A stretch of 27,011 nucleotides of DNA. It comes from a virus. Position 1 is the stretch's first letter. Each line of letters begins with the position of its first letter. The translations under genes were made by a program, and so were the position numbers. Where the stretch lies: the IMG/VR virus record IMGVR_UViG_3300013947_000112, positions 1-27,011 of that record; one strand, given 5' to 3'. Of this stretch, positions 16,078-23,557 are shown in pieces. The notes under the pieces were generated by a model. It ran no database searches, was not told the DNA's origin, and saw only the letters and a program-made list of their open reading frames with translations.

Positions 16078-16091
16078 ATAAATACTGTATA
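16071..16091 (+). promoter_or_regulatory. Class-1 motif copy d (TTTTTTCATAAATACTGTATA), 15 nt before ATG 16107
   Basis: The 21-mer is identical to 18927-18947. Confidence 0.45.
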
Positions 16092-16106
16092 CTATAAGAA
16101 AAACTT

Positions 16107-16607
16107 ATGCAACTCTCAACTCATTTCACCCTTGAAGAACTCATTTCATCATCAACTGCAAGACAACATGGGATAAAGAACACACCATCACCTGAGCAAA
16201 TAGAAAATCTCAAACTCCTGTGCAACAACATTCTGGAACCCATTAGGGAGAAACTCAACACACCTTTATATATAAGTTCAGGATTTAGGTGTGAGAAATT
16301 GAATTCCCTTATCGGTGGGAGCAAATATAGTCAACATCTTTATGCTCAGGCTGCTGATATTCAAATTTTCAATAAATCCCTGACAAATAAAGATCTGTTT
16401 GACTGCATTGTCTCTATGGTCAAGTCGGGTGAGATCACAATTGGTCAGTGCATATGGGAGGGTGGAACTGATGAATGTCCAAATTGGTGTCATGTTTCAC
16501 TGCCATATAAGAAGACAAACCAGATTTTGAGAATGCATCAGGTCTATGACAAGCATCTGGGTAAATACAGGAACACATATGAGGATTTGACTTCACTCTA
16601 TCTGTGA
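16107..16607 (+). CDS. Endolysin, peptidase M15 (M15_3/YcbK-like) family
   Basis: STHFTLEELISS, LEPIREKLNTPLYISSGFRCEKLN..GGSKYSQHLYAQAADI and CHVS match the zinc peptidase M15 pattern (SGyR...N...GG...S.H..G.AaD ... H). Confidence 0.8.
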   Translation: MQLSTHFTLEELISSSTARQHGIKNTPSPEQIENLKLLCNNILEPIREKLNTPLYISSGFRCEKLNSLIGGSKYSQHLYAQAADIQIFNKSLTNKDLFDCIVSMVKSGEITIGQCIWEGGTDECPNWCHVSLPYKKTNQILRMHQVYDKHLGKYRNTYEDLTSLYL

Positions 16608-16627
16608 TTTATGACTATGGACTGAAT

Positions 16628-16635
16628 TATATTTG
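16628..16635 (+). promoter_or_regulatory. Exact Bacteroidota -7 box TAnnTTTG (TATATTTG), 22 nt before ATG 16658
   Basis: It is the only exact TAnnTTTG match I found in an intergenic spacer. No well-spaced -33 TTTG was seen. Confidence 0.35.
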
Positions 16636-16657
16636 ACAAGAAAGAATTCTTTTACAT

Positions 16658-18103
16658 ATGTTTATAAGCTTAGCAAAGATTGATTTATCTGGGACACAAG
16701 GTGGTGGCAGTGCAAAACTTCAGGAGAAGACCGCTGAAATGCTTCTTACGGAGACACAGATTGATATCGTTCCAGACACAGGATATGATGGAATGTCAAA
16801 GGTTGTTGTTTCCCATGCGCCTGTTCAGGATACGGTTGAACAGACAATAACTGCAAATGGAAGTCATGCAATTACACCGGATACAGGATATGACGCCATG
16901 ATCAACTGTGTGGTTGACGTGAATGTGCCGGAGAAGAATATAGGTACGGGGACTTTCACTACTTCCGCTAATGGTAAGTATCAGGTTAATGCATCCGACA
17001 AGAATCTGGATGGTTTTTCCACTTTGACGGTGTTCGTGAGTGTGCCGGAGAAAGTTTCAGCTTACAGGATACCTAACCAGTGGAATGGATCCGTAGACAC
17101 CGAAGGTCTTACCGCACTCGGGTGGACCACTGACCAGATTTCAAATTATCAGTCCCTTTGCACTTGGATGGACTACGAGAACACAGACCATCTGGTTTCT
17201 GACTACGACAAGAACATAGCGGAATCAAATTCATACAAGGATGACAAATCACTCCAGTACCCGAAGAACCAGGATTTTGAAACCCAAGGGTATACCACAC
17301 TCAATGCAATGTTTCAGGGCTGCACATCATTGAAGACTTTCCCTGCCTTCAACATCCCTGCCACGGTCACAGACATGAACTTAATGTTTGACGGGTGTTC
17401 TTCACTCGAAGTCATCCCTGTATTTTCTTTCGGTTCGAGTGTCACCAACTGTATCAGTATGTTTCAGGGGTGTTCTTCCCTGACCATAGTGCCAAAGATT
17501 GATTTTTCCACTATGCTAAATCTTCAGAATTGTTTTTATAACTGCACATCCTTGAAGTATATTCCGGAGTTTGATTTCTCATCTGCAACGAGACTGGTGG
17601 GTTTCTACGAGGCCACGGGGATAGAGGAGATAGGTAATGTCATCGCGAACAATTGCACAGCTGCCAATTACCTTTTCGCCGAATGTCCAAATTTGAAGAA
17701 AGTCGGCAGGATACATCTGGCTGACACCGCAAATAACAACAAGATGTTCCAGAACGACACTGCACTTGAAAGTGTTGCAGGTTTCTCGTACAGGGGGACA
17801 TACAACAACGGCAATATTTTCACTGTTGAAATGACCAATCTCACCCATTTCATCATGGAGGACTATATAAACTGCACTTGGGACACTGGATTTCTCACAT
17901 ATTGTCCTAATCTTGACTATGAGAGCATAAAGTCTTTCCTTACCGCAATGTCAAACACCACAGTTCCTGACACGGCAAAGTCATTCACATTCAATTCCAC
18001 CATGCAGGACCAGAACAATGAACTTCAAACTCTGGTTGATGACTGTGTGAACAACAAGGGATGGACTATTTCAGGTTTGACCATCACCACAGAGACAGTA
18101 TAG
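16658..18103 (+). CDS. BspA/DUF285-type LRR fibre protein, paralog 3 (481 aa)
   Basis: Three GYDG..V.V..P units, the linker WNGSVDTEGLTALGW, LRR units (MFQGCTSLKTFPAFN, MFDGCSSLEVIPVF and others) and the cap MQDQNNELQTLVDDCVNNKGWTISGLTI. Confidence 0.75.
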   Translation: MFISLAKIDLSGTQGGGSAKLQEKTAEMLLTETQIDIVPDTGYDGMSKVVVSHAPVQDTVEQTITANGSHAITPDTGYDAMINCVVDVNVPEKNIGTGTFTTSANGKYQVNASDKNLDGFSTLTVFVSVPEKVSAYRIPNQWNGSVDTEGLTALGWTTDQISNYQSLCTWMDYENTDHLVSDYDKNIAESNSYKDDKSLQYPKNQDFETQGYTTLNAMFQGCTSLKTFPAFNIPATVTDMNLMFDGCSSLEVIPVFSFGSSVTNCISMFQGCSSLTIVPKIDFSTMLNLQNCFYNCTSLKYIPEFDFSSATRLVGFYEATGIEEIGNVIANNCTAANYLFAECPNLKKVGRIHLADTANNNKMFQNDTALESVAGFSYRGTYNNGNIFTVEMTNLTHFIMEDYINCTWDTGFLTYCPNLDYESIKSFLTAMSNTTVPDTAKSFTFNSTMQDQNNELQTLVDDCVNNKGWTISGLTITTETV

Positions 18104-18132
18104 ACAGAATAAAATAACTTTTCATATTCAAT

Positions 18133-18167
18133 AAATGCAGGAATTCAAATTTTCTGCATTTTTTTTT
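18133..18167 (+). terminator. Intrinsic terminator
   Basis: atgcagga (18135-42) / ttctgcat (18152-59), with a G.U valid only on the + strand, followed by T8. Confidence 0.7.
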
Positions 18168-18234
18168 GAAAACTCTTGCATATGTCGAAAATCCGTATTA
18201 CCTTTGCAGAAGTAAAAATAAAAACAATAATTTT

Positions 18235-18552
18235 ATGAAGACAGTTGATTTATGTAATGCTATCGGGAACATTCAATTTCCCGGAATGGTCATAGACAGG
18301 TTTGTTATCAGTGAAGACAAACATAAAGTGGGTTGTTTCAATATAAGATATACAGACCCTATTGATGGAAGGTGCATTGGATTTGCAGGTGAGGTGAATG
18401 GCAGGACAGTTGATTTCAAGTTATATGGAGTGTATGACTGTGAGAGAGACAATGCAATAAACCACTGTGAGAGACTTCTTCTCTATGTGAATGACCAGAT
18501 AGGGAGATATGATTATTATAAAACAGGTAATGTTGAATTTTTAAATTATTAA
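18235..18552 (+). CDS. Hypothetical protein (105 aa)
   Basis: The track start TTG 18166 lies in the terminator T-run, so ATG 18235 (MKTVDL) is preferred. No family recognised. Confidence 0.45.
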   Translation: MKTVDLCNAIGNIQFPGMVIDRFVISEDKHKVGCFNIRYTDPIDGRCIGFAGEVNGRTVDFKLYGVYDCERDNAINHCERLLLYVNDQIGRYDYYKTGNVEFLNY

Positions 18553-18556
18553 CATT

Positions 18557-18829
18557 ATGAAAATAACGACAGAACTATTGGATTTCATCATAGATTTTGA
18601 CAAGATTTTCAGTCGAGACTATGAAATCGAGAATTTCGCGGAGGATTTGTTTGTAATTCATCTGGGAGACGTACACCTATATCTGGGATTTGATGGAGAC
18701 ACTGTTGATTTCTTCCAGATAAAAGGAATGACATGTGGAAAAGAGTTGAAAAAAGAAATCTATGATTTTCTTTCACGTTTTATGTCTGTCTCAACTGACA
18801 AAGACAATTTTGAGATAGAAGAAATATAG
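18557..18829 (+). CDS. Hypothetical strongly acidic protein (90 aa)
   Basis: Manual count gives 21 D/E versus 9 K/R. ATG start 4 nt after the previous stop. Confidence 0.5.
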   Translation: MKITTELLDFIIDFDKIFSRDYEIENFAEDLFVIHLGDVHLYLGFDGDTVDFFQIKGMTCGKELKKEIYDFLSRFMSVSTDKDNFEIEEI

Positions 18830-18896
18830 ACTTTGTTATATTTACATTGTTCAAATTATTTCTTTTCAATTCAAATATAAAAACATTTCAGTTTTG

Positions 18897-18932
18897 CAGG
18901 ATGGTCTGTTCTTGACTGTCCTGTTTTTTTTT
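18897..18932 (+). terminator. Intrinsic terminator
   Basis: caggatggtc (18897-906) / gactgtcctg (18914-23), with two G.U pairs valid only on the + strand, followed by T9. Confidence 0.75.
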
Positions 18933-18947
18933 CATAAATACTGTATA
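18927..18947 (+). promoter_or_regulatory. Class-1 motif copy e, 18 nt before ATG 18966
   Basis: The 21-mer is identical to 16071-16091. Confidence 0.45.
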
Positions 18948-18965
18948 TATAATAAAACTATTCAA

Positions 18966-19526
18966 ATGAAAAAACTTGAAATATGGAAATCAATTCCGGG
19001 CTTCCCTAACTATGAGGCATCCACTGAGGGGAGAATAAGACAGGGTGGCACAATACTCTACACCTGCATAAACAATTCCGGATATGAAGTGGTCTGTCTG
19101 TGGAAGAACAATCATAGACATTGTTTCCCTGTCCATAGACTTGTTGCAAAGACATTCATACCAAATCCTTATTCTTATACTGATGTTGATCATATAAATA
19201 ATGACAAGTCAAACAATTCAATAGACAATCTTCAATGGATGAACCACAGGGACAATTGCAGAAAATACTATGATGAGAAGAAATACAGGGACAGGATTTT
19301 ATTGTCAGTTGCACAGGGACATTGGGTGAACATCTATTCAGGCAATTCAACTTCATATCAGGGCACATATACCACACCTATGAACATAACCATAGACTAC
19401 TATTCATTCACAGGCAATCTCATCACAGAACTGTCCAGACTGTCTTCGCTGTTCCCTGATTACATATTTGGTATTCATACTGATGCAGGAAATCTTTATA
19501 TACAAGGAAACAGAAAAGTGAGATGA
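18966..19526 (+). CDS. HNH homing-type endonuclease with an N-terminal NUMOD4-like motif
   Basis: ATG 18966 is preferred over TTG 18894, which lies in the terminator. EIWKSIPGFPNYEASTEGRIR fits NUMOD4. VHRLVAKTFIPNP..VDHINNDKSNNSIDNLQWMNHRDN fits the HNH_3 pattern. Confidence 0.75.
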   Translation: MKKLEIWKSIPGFPNYEASTEGRIRQGGTILYTCINNSGYEVVCLWKNNHRHCFPVHRLVAKTFIPNPYSYTDVDHINNDKSNNSIDNLQWMNHRDNCRKYYDEKKYRDRILLSVAQGHWVNIYSGNSTSYQGTYTTPMNITIDYYSFTGNLITELSRLSSLFPDYIFGIHTDAGNLYIQGNRKVR

Positions 19527-19831
19527 CACATTTTGAGATCGTAGAAGAACTGGCAAGAAACAGGACGGTGGAGGAGATTGTGGACAACATTTCAAAGAAG
19601 ACATTTCCATACACTGATGAACTTGCACAGGACATTTATCTTTCACTGCTTGAAAAATCACCTGAACTTATTGAGGGACTGTATGAGAAGAATGAACTCA
19701 ACTACTTCATAGTGAGAATGGTGAGGAACAATCTTTTTTCAAGAAACTCACCTTACTACCAGACATACATAAGGTGGGATGAGAGAAAGTCCGAACTCAC
19801 CGACAATATAAAAGACACCATAACCGAATGA
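19523..19831 (+). CDS. Sigma-70/ECF-like region-2 domain as a stand-alone ORF (102 aa)
   Basis: ELAQDIYLSLLEK (2.1/2.2-like) and ELNYFIVRMVRNNLFS (2.3/2.4-like). ATGA overlaps at both ends. Confidence 0.55.
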   Translation: MTHFEIVEELARNRTVEEIVDNISKKTFPYTDELAQDIYLSLLEKSPELIEGLYEKNELNYFIVRMVRNNLFSRNSPYYQTYIRWDERKSELTDNIKDTITE

Positions 19832-20064
19832 AAGAAATTGACATAGATGAACTTGAATTTGAGTTTCTGGCTCCTGACAAAATGAATGACAACGAGAAAC
19901 TATATTTATTGAAAGAGAGAATATCAAGACTTTCAACAGCGGACAGGTATATACTTCTGTTATATCTTGATCTGGGTAGTTATGCAAAGGTGGCAGATTT
20001 CCTGAACTGTTCTGCAACCACCATATATTTGAAGATAAAGAAAATAAGGGAGGAAGTGATATGA
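19828..20064 (+). CDS. Sigma-70 region-4 (HTH) domain as a stand-alone ORF (78 aa)
   Basis: RISRLSTADRYILLLYLDLGSYAKVADFLNCSATTIYLKIKKIREEV fits the region-4 pattern L....r.v..L....g.sy.eiA..l..s..tv......a...l. Confidence 0.55.
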   Translation: MKEIDIDELEFEFLAPDKMNDNEKLYLLKERISRLSTADRYILLLYLDLGSYAKVADFLNCSATTIYLKIKKIREEVI

Positions 20065-20381
20065 TTGACATACTTTTTATTGCAATTATCTGTGTCTGCA
20101 TAATTGATTTGTCAGGATTTGTGCAGGAAATGGAGGTCTTGTTGAAGAAATGGCTGAAAATACAGAGGGGTGAGGTGAGAATTCCAAAGCCATTCAGTTG
20201 CTCTCTCTGTATGACTTTCTGGACAGGACTGATTTATTTGATGATCACAGGACAGTTCACATTGTTTATGACGGCATATCTGTTGATTGTCTCAATTCTC
20301 ACACCTGAAATCAAGGACTTTATATACACTATCAAGGACTTTATCAATTTTATACTCAACAAAATACATAATTTACTATGA
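20061..20381 (+). CDS. Small integral membrane protein (about 3 TM helices)
   Basis: Hydrophobic segments ILFIAIICVCIIDL, CMTFWTGLIYLMI and FTLFMTAYLLIVSIL, plus a KPFSCSLCMTFW motif. ATGA-coupled on both sides. Confidence 0.55.
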   Translation: MIDILFIAIICVCIIDLSGFVQEMEVLLKKWLKIQRGEVRIPKPFSCSLCMTFWTGLIYLMITGQFTLFMTAYLLIVSILTPEIKDFIYTIKDFINFILNKIHNLL

Positions 20382-20632
20382 CAAACAAGGATTATAAATA
20401 TTTATCACAATATGAGGACAGGTTCTACACTGCCACAAGATCAAACTTTGCAAGAAATCTGTCAAGGTCTGTATTGGAGGAAATGAACAGGATATATGAG
20501 AATGAGACAGGAAAAACCCACAATATGAACTATAATTGTGGAACTTGTCAGTTGGATCTCATCACAAGACTGGGAAAGATTTATTATATGGAGAAGGAAA
20601 CAAGGGAGACAAAAGAAAAGAAGGAGGAGTAA
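20378..20632 (+). CDS. Hypothetical protein (84 aa)
   Basis: ATGA-coupled ORF with a CGTC motif and a K/E-rich tail. No family recognised. Confidence 0.45.
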   Translation: MTNKDYKYLSQYEDRFYTATRSNFARNLSRSVLEEMNRIYENETGKTHNMNYNCGTCQLDLITRLGKIYYMEKETRETKEKKEE

Positions 20633-20633
20633 T

Positions 20634-20993
20634 ATGGGAAGCACAAAGGATGAATTGAAACAAAGAGAATTGTTCATAATCAAGCAGTTGAGAAAAGGTC
20701 ATTCAAGAAAATGGATTGCAGCACAGCTTGAAGAGAAATATGGTCTGGCTTCTTCAACTGCTATAAATAATGTGAATGAGATAGGTGCACAGCTGAACAA
20801 GTCTTTGCAGGATTTGAGTGATGATGCTGCAACCTATATCTACAATGTCCTTATCTCCACCATAGATGACACAATAAATGATGATGACAGGAGAAACAGA
20901 TTGAAGGCACTTGAACTGTTGTCTAAAATCTGTAAAGTGGGAGAAGAGAAGACATCAACAGACCTGAATATAAAGTTCTCATTTGACAAGTAA
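20634..20993 (+). CDS. Putative small terminase subunit (119 aa)
   Basis: ATG 20634 is preferred over the overlapping track start 20538. It has an N-terminal HTH-like segment (GHSRKWIAAQLEEKYGLASSTAINNV) and sits directly upstream of TerL. Confidence 0.4.
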   Translation: MGSTKDELKQRELFIIKQLRKGHSRKWIAAQLEEKYGLASSTAINNVNEIGAQLNKSLQDLSDDAATYIYNVLISTIDDTINDDDRRNRLKALELLSKICKVGEEKTSTDLNIKFSFDK

Positions 20994-20995
20994 GT

Positions 20996-22252
20996 ATGAA
21001 GATATCAATAAGTTCCATAAAATGCATAGGATGGCAGAAGGAGTTTGTTGATATGTTTCTTGATCTCAAACCTAATGACAAGTTCATAATCAAGGCATCA
21101 AGGCAAAAAGGAAAGTCAACAATTCTTGAACAGGCCATACTATACTATGCATTCAACAATTCAGGTTCTGTGAGTTATTTCATTTCACCGACAAACAATC
21201 AGGGCAGAAAGGTCTTCAATGACATAAAGAAACTGATAGGTAATTCTCCTTTGACTGACAAGATGAATGAGACCACATGTGAGATAAGGTTCAAGAATGG
21301 CAGTGAGATTGGTTTCAAGTCAGCGGAAATGGGTGATAATCTTCGTGGTTATACAGTGAAGAATGGTGGTTTATTTATCGATGAGGCTGCATTTATCAAG
21401 GATGATACCATATCTCTGTTGTTGCCTTATATTACTGTGTCAAAATCTCCTATAATTATGGTATCAACACCCCGAAGAAAATCAGGGACTTTCTATGAGT
21501 GGTATGTGAAGGCTATGAAAGGTGAGAATGGTTTCAAATTTCTTGACGTGAATGACTTTGACAATTCTTTCTTTATCTCACAGGAACAGATAGAAACATA
21601 CAGGTCAATAATGACACCGGAGAAATTCAAGAATGAGATACTGGGATTGTTCAGTGATAACAATGAGGGACTGTTTGGTGATTACCAGAGTCTTTATCAT
21701 TTGCCTGATGATCTCAATCCTGTATATGGCGGTATTGACTTCTCCACCACAGGAAATGATGCCACAGTTATATCCTGTTTCAACAAATGTAAGGAACAGT
21801 GCAGTATATGGTATGATAGGGATGAGAAGGATCCTGTGAAAAGGGTTGAACAAATGGCAGAATTCATAAACACACACCCTACTTTTCAGTCAATATACTG
21901 TGAGACAAATTCTATGGGGTCAATTTATATCAGTCTGTTGAGAAAAATGTTGAGAAATCCATCCATCATCAAGGAGTTCACCACCACAAACACATCAAAG
22001 AAAGAGATTATAGAAAATCTGGTGAAATTGATGGGCAGAAAGGAAATCACTCTTCTCAATGACAAACAACAGGATTATGAACTCAATATATTCATTTGTG
22101 TTCCACTTTCAAAAGGGAATTACACATATGCTGCTGACACAAAGGCATCAAACAGTCATGATGACACTGTGATGGCAATGGCTATGGCTTGTAAGAACTT
22201 TGATGGAAGTCAGGGCACATATATGATAGGACATTCACATAAAATAAGATAA
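20996..22252 (+). CDS. terL: Terminase large subunit
   Basis: Walker A-like KASRQKGKST, Walker B-like GGLFIDEAAF, a C-terminal nuclease-like region (GIDFS...DDTVMAMAMA), and typical size (418 aa). Confidence 0.8.
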   Translation: MKISISSIKCIGWQKEFVDMFLDLKPNDKFIIKASRQKGKSTILEQAILYYAFNNSGSVSYFISPTNNQGRKVFNDIKKLIGNSPLTDKMNETTCEIRFKNGSEIGFKSAEMGDNLRGYTVKNGGLFIDEAAFIKDDTISLLLPYITVSKSPIIMVSTPRRKSGTFYEWYVKAMKGENGFKFLDVNDFDNSFFISQEQIETYRSIMTPEKFKNEILGLFSDNNEGLFGDYQSLYHLPDDLNPVYGGIDFSTTGNDATVISCFNKCKEQCSIWYDRDEKDPVKRVEQMAEFINTHPTFQSIYCETNSMGSIYISLLRKMLRNPSIIKEFTTTNTSKKEIIENLVKLMGRKEITLLNDKQQDYELNIFICVPLSKGNYTYAADTKASNSHDDTVMAMAMACKNFDGSQGTYMIGHSHKIR

Positions 22253-22256
22253 ACAT

Positions 22257-22922
22257 ATGAAGAAGAATAAGATAGACACACCCTACAGGATGTCCCCATA
22301 CAGTTGGGATCACATTACAGGGGAGAAATATTGGGAGATTTATGACATTCTCTATGATGACACTATAACTGACATGGACAAACAGGCAAGACTGTGTTGT
22401 GCAATTGAAGATATGGACTTGAATGACTTCTATAATCTCCCTGTCAATGAGGCAACAAGAAAGATTGCACAGCTTGACTTTCTAAATGAATTCAAGTTGA
22501 GAAAGAATTACAAACCTAATTATATAAAACTTGGTGAGTATAAATGTAAGGTTGTGAATGCGGAAGAAATGTGTGTTGCTGCTTTTATCGACTATCAAAA
22601 TTTCATCACACTTCCTTTCAGGGATAACTATGACAAGATACTCTCAATATTTCTGGTTCCTGATGGTCAAAAATACAATGATGGTTATGACATCAAGGAA
22701 ATCCAGAGACTGATAAGGGAGAATATGCTGTGGATTGACATACAGTCTCTGCTAAATTTTATTCTGATCGGATACATCAAATCATTATATCTTTCCCTTC
22801 GGTATTCGATCAAAATGGTGAAGAAGTTGAAGGGGAGGGAGAGACAGGAGATGGAGAAAATGACGGTGGAGTTGAGAAAGAAGATAGACAGTTTGATGGA
22901 TTTTCATATCTCAGCCTCATAA
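22257..22922 (+). CDS. Hypothetical morphogenesis-module protein (221 aa)
   Basis: ATG ORF 4 nt after terL. No family recognised. Confidence 0.5.
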   Translation: MKKNKIDTPYRMSPYSWDHITGEKYWEIYDILYDDTITDMDKQARLCCAIEDMDLNDFYNLPVNEATRKIAQLDFLNEFKLRKNYKPNYIKLGEYKCKVVNAEEMCVAAFIDYQNFITLPFRDNYDKILSIFLVPDGQKYNDGYDIKEIQRLIRENMLWIDIQSLLNFILIGYIKSLYLSLRYSIKMVKKLKGRERQEMEKMTVELRKKIDSLMDFHISAS

Positions 22923-22936
22923 AAAGATACAGTGAT

Positions 22937-23062
22937 ATGACAAAGGAGAGATGGTCTGATGTTTATGATGTCAATGTCTACTATTTCTTCAATGTCGTGT
23001 CATTTTCTATTGCATATGATAAGAAAGAACAGGATTATATAAAAAAATTGAGACAGAGATGA
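22937..23062 (+). CDS. Possible small ORF (41 aa), below the track cut-off
   Basis: Manual translation gives MTKERWSDVYDVNVYYFFNVVSFSIAYDKKEQDYIKKLRQR. Its TGA overlaps the next ATG as ATGA, which fills an otherwise 136-nt gap. Confidence 0.35.
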   Translation: MTKERWSDVYDVNVYYFFNVVSFSIAYDKKEQDYIKKLRQR

Positions 23063-23526
23063 CATTTACACATTTACAAAAAACACTTGAAGACTACAGC
23101 ATGTATCTTCTGGACACTTCAAGGAAGAATATGCCAGATTACTATAAACTCAAAGACAACATTTCTTTCACTGTCGATATTGACGGGAATTACTACAATA
23201 TAATCTTCAAAGCAGAGTCCTATTGGAAATATGCAGAATATGGCAGAAAGGCAGGTAAGATGCCACCTATCTCCGCAATTGAGAAGTGGATTGACATCAG
23301 ACATATCACACCTTATCCCACTGCAAAAGGAAAGTTGCCCACAAAGAAACAGCTTGCATTTCTCATTTCTCGTGCGATAGGGAGAGATGGAACAAAGGCA
23401 ACACCCACATTCTTCTTATCAAGGTCTTTGGACACCGACAAATCATATTGGTCCGACAAAATAGAACAGGCCTGCTATGATGACATATTGGAGAATGTTG
23501 ATCTCATCCTGAAACTGCACAGGTAA
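23059..23526 (+). CDS. Putative head-tail joining/neck protein (HK97 gp10-like, tentative)
   Basis: YWKYAEYGRKAGKMPPISAIEKWI..LAFLISRAIGRDG resembles gp10-like neck proteins. Position is between the packaging and tail genes. Confidence 0.3.
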   Translation: MTFTHLQKTLEDYSMYLLDTSRKNMPDYYKLKDNISFTVDIDGNYYNIIFKAESYWKYAEYGRKAGKMPPISAIEKWIDIRHITPYPTAKGKLPTKKQLAFLISRAIGRDGTKATPTFFLSRSLDTDKSYWSDKIEQACYDDILENVDLILKLHR

Positions 23527-23530
23527 TTTC

Positions 23531-23543
23531 TTATATATTACAG
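23531..23543 (+). promoter_or_regulatory. Class-2 motif TTATATATTACAG, 15 nt before ATG 23558
   Basis: Exact 13-mer shared with 3086 and 15271. Confidence 0.5.
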
Positions 23544-23557
23544 ACAAATCAAACACT

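Noticed and set aside
7208-18103. Diversity-generating retroelement acting on the LRR fibre genes
   Set aside because: No reverse-transcriptase-like ORF (no YxDD-type motif in context) is present. The differences between the repeated segments are not adenine-specific.
19800-19835. Programmed -1 frameshift fusing the sigma2 and sigma4 ORFs
   Set aside because: No slippery heptamer or downstream structure occurs near the ATGA junction. An assembly indel cannot be excluded from the sequence alone.
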